A stretch of 64,000 nucleotides of DNA. Source: a virus. Under the pieces are notes generated by a model. It saw only the letters and a list, made by a program, of their open reading frames with translations, was not told the DNA's origin and made no database searches. Positions 49,059 to 59,333 of this stretch are shown piece after piece. Each line of letters starts with the position of its first letter. The first letter of the stretch is position 1. The stretch lies in IMG/VR virus record IMGVR_UViG_3300010938_000009, positions 1-64,000 of that record; one strand, given 5' to 3'. The translations under genes were made by a program, and so were the position numbers.

Positions 49059-49371
49059 CTAAACTCTTTTTAATCTTAGTACTAGAAGAATTAGATATTT
49101 TAGCTTCTAGCATAAATAACTCTAAATGTCTATGTAATCTTTTAATTTCTTCTTCTCCTAAAATAGTACAATCAAAATGGTTATTGTTTGGTTCTAATTT
49201 AAATAGGTATTTTATAGCATTTTTCAATCTATCAAAAAATCCTAAGTGTTGATTTAAATATGATTCAATAATTATTTCTTTGTATTCTTTGTCTGAAGAA
49301 ATTCTTAAAATATGCGACATATCGCAATCAATACATTCAAAGTATTCTGGTTTATTATTCTTTGGACTCAT
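48997..49371 (-). CDS. Hypothetical protein
   Basis: F.C.DC..SH.L; F..RL..A.KY.F. Confidence 0.55.
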   Translation of the reverse strand: MSPKNNKPEYFECIDCDMSHILRISSDKEYKEIIIESYLNQHLGFFDRLKNAIKYLFKLEPNNNHFDCTILGEEEIKRLHRHLELFMLEAKISNSSSTKIKKSLDEIKSGKNNSAYSNGKISKK

Positions 49372-50164
49372 TTTTTACCTCTATTAATTTCTGTAGTTCT
49401 ACTGGAGTATCGTCTACTATTAAGTTTTCGTCTACCTCTTCTTGTTTATATTCATTTATAACTATATTTGCTAATTTATTTTGACCTATTCTAGCTAATA
49501 ACTTATTAGTTAGGTTGGTCATTGTTTTTTTATCTACGGGTTTACTTAAATGTGTATCTCTAACTTTTCTAAAGTTACCTCGTTTTTTAGGTTCTATAAT
49601 TTTATCTGCTAAACCTAAAGTTATACATTCTTTAGCTGTCAAATATAAATCTCTTTGACAAACTTCTTTCCAAAATTCTTTTGGCATATGGCTATTTTCT
49701 GAATAGATTTTGTATAATACTTCCATTAATCTCTTTGACTCATCTGCTTGAATATGCACATCTGTATAATTGCCTTCTATTCCTTCCCAACCATTATGAA
49801 CCATAACTGTTGAATGAGGGTACAAATACCTTTCATCGCAAGCCGCCATAACCCAAGTAGCTGCACTCATAATAGCTCCACCGCCAAAAAACTTAATTTG
49901 ACAGGTAGAAGCTAGTATAAAATCATGTAGGTATAACATAGCATAAGGATCTCCACCATAAGAATTCATGTGTATTTCTATAGGTTTCTTAGGGTGATCT
50001 GCTATCATCTTACCCATAGCTCTTATAACGTGACTTACAGAATCTATAGTAAAATCTGAATGAGAACTATGACTAGAGTCAATAGGTACTCCAAAATAGA
50101 TTTTTCTATTCTTCTCATCTACGCCATAAACTACAAAGCTTTCTAATTCTATTCTAGTTGACAT
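49355..50164 (-). CDS. clpP: ClpP protease subunit
   Basis: R.IY, I.I..NS.GG, MSAA (Ser), MVH (His), RD.YLTA.E...GLAD.I. Confidence 0.85.
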   Translation of the reverse strand: MSTRIELESFVVYGVDEKNRKIYFGVPIDSSHSSHSDFTIDSVSHVIRAMGKMIADHPKKPIEIHMNSYGGDPYAMLYLHDFILASTCQIKFFGGGAIMSAATWVMAACDERYLYPHSTVMVHNGWEGIEGNYTDVHIQADESKRLMEVLYKIYSENSHMPKEFWKEVCQRDLYLTAKECITLGLADKIIEPKKRGNFRKVRDTHLSKPVDKKTMTNLTNKLLARIGQNKLANIVINEYKQEEVDENLIVDDTPVELQKLIEVKNESKE

Positions 50165-50176
50165 TAATTATCCTAA

Positions 50177-50734
50177 CTATTTTAGTAAAGAACTCATAGC
50201 ATAAAATACTTTAGCAGTAAGTTCTGTATCAAATTTAGCTCCATGTAAATCATCTTTATTAAAAGGTATTTTTAAAACTTCAGCTAGTCTACTCAAACTA
50301 ACTTTATCTGTTTTGATAATACCTACAGATTGTAGGAATAATCCTATTGTAGCTGTATCAAGTACTTTATAAGAGAATAAATTATTAAAACCATCAATAC
50401 TATTGATATCAAATCTAGTCTTTATAAAGTTTATATCAAAATTAACATTATGACCACATATAACAGTATCTCTAGGTAAATCTAGAGCATAATCTACAAA
50501 CTCACATAACATTTGTTGTTCTTGTTTATCTTTACCTGCTAGTAATAGAGTTTTAATTTTTTGTTTATTAACTACTAAAGCTCCTAAATTAACTTTAGTA
50601 TTAGGACTAAAACCTTTAGAATGAAACTCTGATTGTATAGCTCCATTACTATAAAACTTACCTGAAATTTCTATAATAGAATTTATACTAGGATCTAGTC
50701 CTACAGTTTCTATATCTAAGAATAATATGTTCAT
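50177..50734 (-). CDS. DEDDh 3'-5' exonuclease (DnaQ-like)
   Basis: LDIET.G, GHNV.FD, LDT, H.A..D. Confidence 0.88.
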   Translation of the reverse strand: MNILFLDIETVGLDPSINSIIEISGKFYSNGAIQSEFHSKGFSPNTKVNLGALVVNKQKIKTLLLAGKDKQEQQMLCEFVDYALDLPRDTVICGHNVNFDINFIKTRFDINSIDGFNNLFSYKVLDTATIGLFLQSVGIIKTDKVSLSRLAEVLKIPFNKDDLHGAKFDTELTAKVFYAMSSLLK

Positions 50735-51042
50735 TTTTTACTCCGTCTGTCCATACATTTTGAATAAGAATTTAAAGCTCTATCTTTAGCTAATTCTTTA
50801 CCAATTTTATAATTAAAATTATCATCTGGTGAACAAAGAGCCGTACCTGAAAACATCTCTCCATCTCGAAGTATTACACAAATAGTATGACCAGTTTTAC
50901 TACCATCTATATTTCTTGGATAAATGTAAAATTCTTTACTTCTGTCCACTATCTTCTCCTTTTTTGAGAAATTGCATAAGATATCTGTAAATTTTGAAAG
51001 TATTCCTCGCATCATATTTAGCATCGTGTTTTCTCCCTTCAA
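50731..51042 (-). CDS. Gp49-like small phage protein (start probably internal)
   Basis: TIC......G.A.CSP.DNF...IG...A. Confidence 0.55.
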   Translation of the reverse strand: MKGENTMLNMMRGILSKFTDILCNFSKKEKIVDRSKEFYIYPRNIDGSKTGHTICVILRDGEMFSGTALCSPDDNFNYKIGKELAKDRALNSYSKCMDRRSKK

Positions 51043-51568
51043 AAGTTAATCCTAACCTATTCATAGATTTGGATAATCCTGACTGTAATTTTAATTCGTT
51101 TACTAAACAATAAGTTTGAAATAACTTTTTAGCATCAAAAAAACTTCTACCAAATACGTAATCTTTTTTGTCTATACCAAGTTGTTTTAATAAAGTTTCT
51201 GTATCCCCACAACCCCAAGTTATAGGATTATGAAAACAATTATGTCTTTTCTTAAAATCTAATAAAACTTTATGGGCATTTTCTAGCTCTATTCCATTAT
51301 CAACTTGATCTTGAGTTATACCCGTTAGGTTTATTATATATTCTGATAATTGTTCTTTAGGGTTTATATACATAGAGAGTTCTTCCTTGATCTCTCCTGT
51401 ATATAAATCTGCCGCAATGATTCCTACTTGAATAATGCGGTTTGATGGTTGATTCATCTCTAAATCTAAAGTCATTATATTTCTATATTTTATCACTTGT
51501 ATCTTTCTATTGAGATTCAAAAATCCTAAAGTCTGGATGTTTTTCTTCTTTTCTATCTTTATTTTCAA
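50936..51568 (-). CDS. DEDDh 3'-5' exonuclease (start probably internal)
   Basis: LDLE, II.VG, LTGI.Q, WG..D, G..H.A..DA.NT. Confidence 0.85.
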   Translation of the reverse strand: MKIKIEKKKNIQTLGFLNLNRKIQVIKYRNIMTLDLEMNQPSNRIIQVGIIAADLYTGEIKEELSMYINPKEQLSEYIINLTGITQDQVDNGIELENAHKVLLDFKKRHNCFHNPITWGCGDTETLLKQLGIDKKDYVFGRSFFDAKKLFQTYCLVNELKLQSGLSKSMNRLGLTFEGRKHDAKYDARNTFKIYRYLMQFLKKGEDSGQK

Positions 51569-51857
51569 AAGCTACTAATTTTACTTTATCACCTTCTGTA
51601 GAAGCTTCAATTAAATTAATTAGTTTTTCTCTGTCAATACTAATAGATAAAAATCTATTACCATTCTTAGAAGACCTATCCCACACAGCTCCAATATTCT
51701 GCTTCAATCCGCCCGAACCTCCACCATTTCCGCCTCTATTATAATTTCTGCCTTCTGCTCCGCCACCTACAGTTCCTCTGCCAACTACTCCGCCTCCAGT
51801 TGAACTACCTTTATCAAAACCTGATCCAAAAGTGGATCTCTTAAAATTATCTGACAT
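51507..51857 (-). CDS. DUF736-like ssDNA-binding protein with Gly-rich N-terminus
   Basis: IGA.W...S..G..FLS.....F.N..K...HPDFRI. Confidence 0.6.
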   Translation of the reverse strand: MSDNFKRSTFGSGFDKGSSTGGGVVGRGTVGGGAEGRNYNRGGNGGGSGGLKQNIGAVWDRSSKNGNRFLSISIDREKLINLIEASTEGDKVKLVAFENKDRKEEKHPDFRIFESQ

Positions 51858-51859
51858 AT

Positions 51860-52324
51860 TTACTCCTTTTGTAACATTTTTACAGATTTCTTAATATTAT
51901 TAAACAAAACTTTTGCTTTGTCAACTTGAATAAATCTTTCTCCAAACCTAACATATTTATTAGGTACTATATTTATAGGGCTATTAGCTAAATCATCACT
52001 AGTTACACACAGATAGCTAGTTTGATCACTATTAAACATAATATACAAAGTAGGTTTATCTAGTTCAGTATATTTTAGTTTTCTTTCTGGAAAATTTACC
52101 GATTGATACGGAAAATCTGGACCAGACCAAACCTTTTTAATTTCTACTTCTGCGTAAAATTGATGTTTTCCATTTTTAAACACTAATAAATCTACTTTTC
52201 TCTTTTTCTCATTTTCTACAACTTCATAACATTTGCCTAGTGTAGCTAATAAGTTAGCTACCATTTCTTTTGCTATTCTGTCATTTTCTGCATAAAGCTT
52301 TGGATCAAAGGGTTTTTTTATCAT
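51860..52324 (-). CDS. PD-(D/E)XK-like protein
   Basis: VDL........EVE.K..W...P.RK. Confidence 0.55.
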   Translation of the reverse strand: MIKKPFDPKLYAENDRIAKEMVANLLATLGKCYEVVENEKKRKVDLLVFKNGKHQFYAEVEIKKVWSGPDFPYQSVNFPERKLKYTELDKPTLYIMFNSDQTSYLCVTSDDLANSPINIVPNKYVRFGERFIQVDKAKVLFNNIKKSVKMLQKE

Positions 52325-52562
52325 TTTTCCTCTTCTCTATTTCTTGTCTAAGTAAACTACAAATTACTGCCTCTTTACTAATTTTAAGTGTTTCACTAAT
52401 ATTACTTACTAACTTAAAAGTTTTATCTGTAGAGTTTAAGTCTACTTTTTTTAGCTTACTTTTAGATAATAGTTTATTAAGTAAATGTTCTTCTATTATC
52501 ATGTTTTTAACTTGCTCTATACTAATATTTAGTTTTTTTGATAGTTTTTCTAGATCTTTCAT
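52305..52562 (-). CDS. Small putative DNA-binding protein
   Basis: Basic, with two L.IS.E helical repeats. Confidence 0.45.
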   Translation of the reverse strand: MKDLEKLSKKLNISIEQVKNMIIEEHLLNKLLSKSKLKKVDLNSTDKTFKLVSNISETLKISKEAVICSLLRQEIEKRKNDKKTL

Positions 52563-53815
52563 TTATCCATTCTCCATCTAATGAATACAGGATGTCTTAA
52601 CGAACCTGCTTCCGTTTGTTCCATATATTTGATTTCAGCCACTTTACCCACAAACTTAGAGGGTGATGCGGCCATTTCTTTTCTATGGTCAATAGTAAAC
52701 CCACTGCCACAACGAACGGTATGATTATTAAAATCAAACTCAATACCACCAGCCAAACCGACAAAATTACCTTCTGCTTCATAGAGCGACTTGACCGTAA
52801 CATCTATAGTCTCCATAGGCTTTAATTTTAACATTTCACCTGATCTTAAAGTTACTCTCTTCCAGTGATATAAACCGTCAATACTTCTTATTATACTACC
52901 TTCAAAACCACTTTGCAAGTGTTTTTTATAAATATCTACTAAATCTTTAGCATTATCTACTTTTGTAGTCTCAATGTCAACTACTTTTTTATAATCAGCT
53001 ACTTGATCATTTAAAGTCTCTCTAAGTAATTTTAATCTTTGTTCATATCTTAGTTTACAACTCTTATTATTCCAGTCCTTTAAAGGTATGCAGTCAAATA
53101 CTGTAAATTTAAGGTCTTTAGGTATTTCAGCGTCTTCTGTAGTCAATACAGATACTAATTTCTCAAAGCTTAATTCATGACTATATAGTTCTCCATCTAA
53201 TACTACGTCTTTCACGTTTTGTAAAGCCTTAAAATGGCTTATAAGCTGTTTATTGCCGAATATCTTGCCCGACCTACTCCAAAGGGTTATTTGGCCGCCT
53301 AAAGGCAAACATACGCACCTAAAACCGTCTAATTTAGGAGTAATATAAGTAGGATAAGATATATTTGTAACATTAGCTAATTTACTAGGAGCTAACATTA
53401 CGTCAAAAGTAGGTATTAAGTTAGGCCACACTTTATTAACTGTACTTACTCCTACTCCTATAGCAGCTTTAAATAGTACGTCTTTGAATACCTGTTCTAG
53501 TTCTTCATTATCTACTGAGGCTAATACTCCTACAGTACGTTCTATAGCTTCGTTACCTGTATATACTCTATTTTCTAAATCTGCTAGTAATTGAATAAAG
53601 TGTTTCCAACTACTCAAGTCATTTAAAGGTCTGGCTTTGTTGTATTCAGGTATTTTCTTAATATAGAATAACTTATAAGGGTTAAGGTTAGCTTCTAACA
53701 AAGTTTGTAAATGGTAGTTATCTACTTCAGTTAATAGTATAGCTTCTTTATCTTTTATAGAATTAGTAGTTTTAAGCTTCGCTAAAGTCGCTAATGCTCT
53801 GTTCAGAGGATTCAT
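52559..53815 (-). CDS. ATP-dependent DNA ligase
   Basis: KLDG.R, SR.G, LDGEL, FD, G.EG...R, K.K, GSGF, LRHP.F..R.DK. Confidence 0.93.
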   Translation of the reverse strand: MNPLNRALATLAKLKTTNSIKDKEAILLTEVDNYHLQTLLEANLNPYKLFYIKKIPEYNKARPLNDLSSWKHFIQLLADLENRVYTGNEAIERTVGVLASVDNEELEQVFKDVLFKAAIGVGVSTVNKVWPNLIPTFDVMLAPSKLANVTNISYPTYITPKLDGFRCVCLPLGGQITLWSRSGKIFGNKQLISHFKALQNVKDVVLDGELYSHELSFEKLVSVLTTEDAEIPKDLKFTVFDCIPLKDWNNKSCKLRYEQRLKLLRETLNDQVADYKKVVDIETTKVDNAKDLVDIYKKHLQSGFEGSIIRSIDGLYHWKRVTLRSGEMLKLKPMETIDVTVKSLYEAEGNFVGLAGGIEFDFNNHTVRCGSGFTIDHRKEMAASPSKFVGKVAEIKYMEQTEAGSLRHPVFIRWRMDK

Positions 53816-54002
53816 TTATATATTCCTTAATTTGGTTAAGTTTTTTAATTACTATTTTAGTTTTACCTTCTAAGTCAGTTACTTTTAGTTTAGCTCGTTT
53901 GGGTAAGTATTCAATAAACTCGCCTACAATTCCTGTAGTAAATTTTACTTTGTCGCCTACTTGTAATATCATTTCGTCTGGTTTAAATATTTTTGTTTTC
54001 AT
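53772..54002 (-). CDS. Small KOW/SH3-like protein
   Basis: LQVGDKVKFTTGIVG. Confidence 0.5.
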   Translation of the reverse strand: MKTKIFKPDEMILQVGDKVKFTTGIVGEFIEYLPKRAKLKVTDLEGKTKIVIKKLNQIKEYINESSEQSISDFSEA

Positions 54003-54110
54003 TTAGTTTATCCTTTCTCCTAGTCAGTATCTTAATTTATGGAATGGTCAAATTTTTTCTATTTTCTTTTTATGATATAATATTTTTCATTCTTTCTATG
54101 TTCCTTTTCT

Positions 54111-54140
54111 AATAAAACGGGCTAGTATTTCTACTAGCCC
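54111..54140 (-). terminator. Rho-independent terminator after the primase-helicase
   Basis: GGGCTAGTA-GAAA-TACTAGCCC followed by GTTTTATT. Confidence 0.75.
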
Positions 54141-54189
54141 TACGTATTGAACTAATCATCGGTGAGTGGAGAGACTCACTTAATTAAGT

Positions 54190-56205
54190 TCAAAATGAAG
54201 TATTTCCATTTCTTTTATTTTTTAAATATTCTCTTTCTTCAGGTTCTACTTGAGCTTGGTATTCTGCGTACTCATGTTCACTTAAATCTCTTACTGTACA
54301 CTTAGCTCCATCCCAATATAAAGGTCTTTCTACTTCTGAACCCATTCTATTTTTAGCTAAGAACATTCTTATAACGTAGTCTTTATTTTCTACGCCCATA
54401 AATGGCCGCCAAACAGTTATTACATTACTAGCAGTTTCTTCCCAATCTCCTGATTCTTTGGCTACTCTTTTTGACCTTAAAGGAGTAGAACCGTCCCCTG
54501 CTGCTCTAGCTATTTGAGCTATAAATATCCAATGAGCATCTGTTTGGTCTGCAGCTTGAGTTGATAACAAAGCGTTGTGTCTAGCTGTAGCATAAGAATC
54601 ACTATAAGGCCCTGAAATTCTACTAGCATAATCTACTACTACTAGTTTAATTTTATTACCTGTACGTTCTTGAACTTGAATTACTTTATCTCTCATTTGT
54701 TCTAAAGTCATTGTAGAACTAAAGTCAAAATAAGTTTTACTGTAAGTTTTTCTAATTATATCTCTAATTTCATTAATTTTTTTAGTATTTTTAGTGGCAT
54801 AAAAAGCCATAATTTCATCTTGAGTATATTGTGTTAGTTTTTGAGCTAACTTTAAATATACTAAATTACGATGCATATCTAAACTTGCAAAGTAAGTATG
54901 TTGTCCTAATTTGTTAGCATTTTCCATAATATTTAAAGCTATCGTAGTTTTACCTGATCCTGATGCCCCAACTAGTAAACTAGTAGTTCCTACTGTTAAT
55001 TTCATATAATCGTCAATTAAATTAATTCCAGTTCTTACTATATTACTTTCAAAGTTTTCTGCAAAGTTTGAGAACATATCAGAAACTTCGTCAATTTGAA
55101 CTACAGTTTTATCTTGTCCATGACCATGATGTAAAGTACATTTACAATCACTTTTAATAGCATCGCAATATCTCTTTAAAGGTTCGTAGTCTGCTGCTGT
55201 ACCTATTGCTCCTGGTATTAATTTAAAATCTTCTTTAAAAGCGCTATTTACAGCGTTCCAAAGCCTTTTTTTGTCGTGAACTTCAGCTTCAGGGTATAAC
55301 TGGTTATTTAACCTAGCTATTCCTTTTAATATATTATAAACTACTTCTTTATGTGCGCCTTGATTTCTGTAAAAAGTAGCTAACCTTAAAAATAAATTAT
55401 CCCTTTCTCCTCTACCTGGCACCATTATACCTTTAGATAAAGCGTAAATACATCTTGGAGTATTTTTAGGGCATTGTCTAAAATCTATAGTTTCTAAACC
55501 TCTAATTCCATCTATTACTTCTGCATCAGCTATTACAGCTACTTTATTTTCTACTTTAGAATACTTATCTAGTAGTTCTTTAGATGAATGAGGTTCTATA
55601 GTTATATTAATTATTCTAGAGTTCTGAGACATAATTTTAATTTGTCCCATACTTAAAGATTTTAATCTTGAAGGTCTAATATAGGTTTTATATAGCCCTG
55701 ATTTTTGATTTTTTGTAAAAGGTATTCTAAATATTCTATTAGTATTATAAATACTTGTATCAAAAGTTTTTATATTACCTGCAAAGTTATTACAGAATTG
55801 TTTTAATTGTTTAGGAGTTATTTCTAAGTCTGTAGTTAGCTCTATATGAAAACCTTTATTACCTGAAAAGTAAACTGCTACAGATTTATCAATATCTACA
55901 CCTTCTTGTTGTAGTTTTTCTAGTAAGTTACAAGCGTCGATTCTAGCTGTGTCAGGGTTTACTTCGCAATCTAAGTCAAAAGTAATCTTATTAGTAAAGA
56001 CTTCCCCTTTATAACCAGCTATACTACCATTATTATTATTAAAATGGTCTAAAGCTTCCTTACTGTAAGTAAATAAGGATGCGTACCAATCTTTTTTAGT
56101 ATCTAATTTTTGAATTAGATTACTTAATTGGTTAACTGCAACTATTTCTCCAGTATCATTTAAACCGTCTTTTAATTGAACGTATCTCTCCATTTGTAAC
56201 TCCAT
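54190..56205 (-). CDS. AEP-type primase fused to DnaB-like helicase
   Basis: FDLD, FSGNKGFH, R.FR.P.T; G.SGSGKT, VVDY, AQ..R, KNR.G. Confidence 0.88.
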   Translation of the reverse strand: MELQMERYVQLKDGLNDTGEIVAVNQLSNLIQKLDTKKDWYASLFTYSKEALDHFNNNNGSIAGYKGEVFTNKITFDLDCEVNPDTARIDACNLLEKLQQEGVDIDKSVAVYFSGNKGFHIELTTDLEITPKQLKQFCNNFAGNIKTFDTSIYNTNRIFRIPFTKNQKSGLYKTYIRPSRLKSLSMGQIKIMSQNSRIINITIEPHSSKELLDKYSKVENKVAVIADAEVIDGIRGLETIDFRQCPKNTPRCIYALSKGIMVPGRGERDNLFLRLATFYRNQGAHKEVVYNILKGIARLNNQLYPEAEVHDKKRLWNAVNSAFKEDFKLIPGAIGTAADYEPLKRYCDAIKSDCKCTLHHGHGQDKTVVQIDEVSDMFSNFAENFESNIVRTGINLIDDYMKLTVGTTSLLVGASGSGKTTIALNIMENANKLGQHTYFASLDMHRNLVYLKLAQKLTQYTQDEIMAFYATKNTKKINEIRDIIRKTYSKTYFDFSSTMTLEQMRDKVIQVQERTGNKIKLVVVDYASRISGPYSDSYATARHNALLSTQAADQTDAHWIFIAQIARAAGDGSTPLRSKRVAKESGDWEETASNVITVWRPFMGVENKDYVIRMFLAKNRMGSEVERPLYWDGAKCTVRDLSEHEYAEYQAQVEPEEREYLKNKRNGNTSF

Positions 56206-56232
56206 TTTATTCTCCTGTAAAAGGAATATACT

Positions 56233-56463
56233 TTATTCTTCTTCTTCAGTTGTAAATACAAACCTTACGTCTGGTGCTTTAGGATGATTTTTTTTATCGT
56301 TTGAATACATTGCAAAATTTGTAATAGGCACAGCTTCACCATTAGGTAATAGAGCAAAAAGCTTTAAAGTTTTCTCTTCAGCTTTAGCACTAACATACTG
56401 TGTTCCATCTCTAGGGTTTTCTTTAAACCAACCTGCTCCAATTATGTTATATTTTTTAGCCAT
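56233..56463 (-). CDS. DUF736-like small protein
   Basis: IGAGW.K...G..Y.S...N..K...APD. Confidence 0.55.
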   Translation of the reverse strand: MAKKYNIIGAGWFKENPRDGTQYVSAKAEEKTLKLFALLPNGEAVPITNFAMYSNDKKNHPKAPDVRFVFTTEEEE

Positions 56464-56887
56464 TTTCTAACTCCTTGTTAACTTGTTCTACTTCTTTATT
56501 GAGTTCTTCTTCATTCATTTTAAGTCTTCTATCATGTTCTTGTTTTATATGATACTGCATTAATACAAATCTGTCACTAATTAATCTTTGTCCTATTGCA
56601 AAAGCTAATTTTTCTTCTTCTTCTTTTAAGAAAACGGGTATTCCAGACGTAGGTAAGTCCATTATGGCAGCCATAACTCTATCTTTACCTCTTTTACTTA
56701 AACCTTTAAATAATTGAGCTAACCTAACTTTATTAGTAATGAAAGAATTACTAGCTCGTTTAGCCATTTCTTCAAAACTAGGTAGTTCTATTTTTTGTCC
56801 TGTTCTATCTTCTTCTTGAGCTATACTAGTAACTTCTGTAAGTACAGGTTCTTGTTTAGATTCTTCTACTTTATTTTCTTTACTCAT
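56456..56887 (-). CDS. Hypothetical protein
   Basis: 143 aa coupled ORF. Confidence 0.55.
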   Translation of the reverse strand: MSKENKVEESKQEPVLTEVTSIAQEEDRTGQKIELPSFEEMAKRASNSFITNKVRLAQLFKGLSKRGKDRVMAAIMDLPTSGIPVFLKEEEEKLAFAIGQRLISDRFVLMQYHIKQEHDRRLKMNEEELNKEVEQVNKELENG

Positions 56888-56897
56888 ATTTTATTCC

Positions 56898-57704
56898 TTA
56901 TTCAAAATCTGGATCGTCTAGCAATCCTGGTTTACCTAAACTTTGAAATGTAGTATTAGTACTCTTAGCTGCTGCTGCTGCCATTCTAGCTAATAACCCT
57001 GTAGCGTTACCATTAGCTTTAGGTTTAGGTTGTTCTACTTTATTAGGTTTAAGTCCTTCAGCTTGAATAACTGGAATATCTTTTAATATAGATTCTGTAC
57101 CTACATTTATAGACTCTTTAACTGGAGGTTCAAACTTAGTTAGCTTAGTTTTTATAGCGTTATCTTTAAGCCCCTTTGGCGCTGATTCAAAATCTGGAGT
57201 AAAAGCAGCTTTTTTAGCTCCTAACTTAGCCATAATATTACCTGTAGCTTTAGCAGATTCAGTTATTACAGCTCCGTCGTTTTCAATATCAGCTCCCTCA
57301 TCAGAAATCATAAAGTTCTTAACTAACGCAAACTTAACGCTGGCTGTTATAGCTTTAGATGCAGATTTATCGCCACTATCTATTCCACTTCCGACTGAAG
57401 TAATAGTAAGCTGTTCACCCGACTCAGAATCAATAAAAGTGTGTTCTGTTTGTACAGTTACTAAAAATTCTGTAACATTATTACCATTTTTATCCATTCT
57501 ATCTTTTTTCTCAGTTTCTACGTGTTTAGCGGAAGTTAACATAAACATTTTTTTATCTATCAATTCACGTTTTAAAGCTTCCATTACGTCTACTTCTCTC
57601 ATATAGTAGTAGTTTTGACCTTTATTATAACCTTTTTTCGGCACAGAAGCTAAATTTTCTAGTATTTTTACTAGTTTAGCTGTAATTTTTGCTCTATTCT
57701 CCAT
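56898..57704 (-). CDS. ERF-family single-strand annealing protein
   Basis: K.G.N..Q.Y.Y..E.D...; G.G.D.GDK...KA.T...K..L...F.I...D.E. Confidence 0.8.
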   Translation of the reverse strand: MENRAKITAKLVKILENLASVPKKGYNKGQNYYYMREVDVMEALKRELIDKKMFMLTSAKHVETEKKDRMDKNGNNVTEFLVTVQTEHTFIDSESGEQLTITSVGSGIDSGDKSASKAITASVKFALVKNFMISDEGADIENDGAVITESAKATGNIMAKLGAKKAAFTPDFESAPKGLKDNAIKTKLTKFEPPVKESINVGTESILKDIPVIQAEGLKPNKVEQPKPKANGNATGLLARMAAAAAKSTNTTFQSLGKPGLLDDPDFE

Positions 57705-57705
57705 A

Positions 57706-57945
57706 TTAACTCTCCTTTCGTTTCTTTATATCTTGAATCTGTTTTATCACTTCATCAGGATTATTTACTATATTAGCAGCAAAACTATTAATAGTAAAGT
57801 GTAATCTAATAGTTTGTAACAAAAAATATATAACTGCTATAGACTCTAAAGGTATTTTAACCTCAAAAAACTTAAATATCAATATAGAAATTCCTAAAAC
57901 AAACCCATGAAATATTATATTGAATAAAGTACCAAAAAATGCCAT
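57706..57945 (-). CDS. Small membrane protein
   Basis: Two hydrophobic segments. Confidence 0.5.
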   Translation of the reverse strand: MAFFGTLFNIIFHGFVLGISILIFKFFEVKIPLESIAVIYFLLQTIRLHFTINSFAANIVNNPDEVIKQIQDIKKRKES

Positions 57946-57954
57946 TATAACCTC

Positions 57955-59073
57955 TTATTTCTTTATTAGCCCTGAAGGATCATTTTTATGACACAAATTT
58001 TTGTAAACACAAATACTCCCGTACCAATTATCACACCTAGACGTATTCTTATAAACTATCTTATTCTTCATAGCTAGTATAATATTACTAATATCCTGAA
58101 ATAGTGACTGTATCTGTTCAGGTGACTTCTCTTCTACTAATACCTGTACTATAGGCTTAGGTACTTTAGTTTCTATCCAGTCTCCATGACACCTATTTCC
58201 GGTACTATCTAGTGCATCACAGGTCTTATGCCTACCATTTCTATTACCATTACACTTATTGCAGTAAGCTACTATATCTTTAGGTATATTCTTACATAGT
58301 ACTATATAACCTACTAAGTTAGTATTATAATAACTACCTTTCATACCAGCATATAAGGTTAATTGGTCTGAATAGTCTATATTATTCTGATCATAAGGCA
58401 TACCAGCAGTCTTTAAGTCAAATATAATAGGTTTATCGTAACCGTCTATTTCTAGTACCATATCTATTACTCCTACTACTGAATCTCCAGTATTAGGGTC
58501 TGTTATATTTGTAAATTGCTGGGTAGCTATTACTTTCTTTATTTTAGGATAAAATTGCGTTTTAAACGCTTCTAATAGGATTCTACCCTTATGGTTCATT
58601 GATAACCATGAAAGTCTATTAAAATACTTAATTTGTTCGTTTGTAGGTCTTTTAAAGCTGTTTTTCTTAAGCTTTACAGTTTCTTTATATAAATTTACTA
58701 GTTTAGAAAAGTCTGCTGTTTCATTAGGTTGTAGTAAATTTAATTCTCTAGCCCAGCTTTCCATAGTTATAGAATCGTTAGTTTTGTCTAGTATTGCTTC
58801 ATCAAAGTCATTGTAGCCGAAAATAATATCGTCGGCATCGTATATTTGCTTGGGTTTATTATTACTTATAGCTGTATGCCATCTATCGTAGAATTTCTCT
58901 ATATAGTCATTATTACCTTTAAGTAAGTGTTCTACTGCTGTATCTATAGCTGAACCAAAGTATAAAGAAGCCCCTTCTGTAACTCCTTTAAGCTTTTTAA
59001 CATAACTATTAAACCAATACATTGGACACATTATATAAGTACTGTTTTGACTGTAACTTGTTTTTGTACTCAT
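57955..59073 (-). CDS. PD-(D/E)XK (RecB/Cas4-like) exonuclease
   Basis: SYS...Y..CP, FG.A.D, G.ID.......I.D.KT, QL..Y, C......C.Y...C. Confidence 0.8.
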   Translation of the reverse strand: MSTKTSYSQNSTYIMCPMYWFNSYVKKLKGVTEGASLYFGSAIDTAVEHLLKGNNDYIEKFYDRWHTAISNNKPKQIYDADDIIFGYNDFDEAILDKTNDSITMESWARELNLLQPNETADFSKLVNLYKETVKLKKNSFKRPTNEQIKYFNRLSWLSMNHKGRILLEAFKTQFYPKIKKVIATQQFTNITDPNTGDSVVGVIDMVLEIDGYDKPIIFDLKTAGMPYDQNNIDYSDQLTLYAGMKGSYYNTNLVGYIVLCKNIPKDIVAYCNKCNGNRNGRHKTCDALDSTGNRCHGDWIETKVPKPIVQVLVEEKSPEQIQSLFQDISNIILAMKNKIVYKNTSRCDNWYGSICVYKNLCHKNDPSGLIKK

Positions 59074-59333
59074 AATCCCTTTTCTTTAAAGAAGCGTAAA
59101 TATAGAAACTTATAAGATAACTTAATAGCTTCTGTGTGCCCTTTTTTCATTAAATATTTTGATAGATTAGCTAACTTCATTGCATCGTTTATAGTTAAAC
59201 TATTATCTCCGTTAAGTAATCTAACTCTTAAGGCTTCAGCTTCTTCTAATAATTTTATATAGCTAGTTTTATCTAGCTTTTTGTGAATGTGTTCTTCTAA
59301 AGAAGCCACTTTATCATCTTTATCGTCTTTCAT
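59070..59333 (-). CDS. Hypothetical protein
   Basis: Coupled ORF. Confidence 0.5.
   Translation of the reverse strand: MKDDKDDKVASLEEHIHKKLDKTSYIKLLEEAEALRVRLLNGDNSLTINDAMKLANLSKYLMKKGHTEAIKLSYKFLYLRFFKEKGL

Noticed and set aside
22893-54006. Nested or antisense ORFs (22893, 24216, 28329, 36481, 39677, 40968, 42126, 44396, 49034, 52270, 52597, 53794)
   Set aside because: They overlap better-supported genes and have no independent evidence.
54020-54055. Possible promoter TTGACC...GATACT
   Set aside because: The spacer is only 14 nt.
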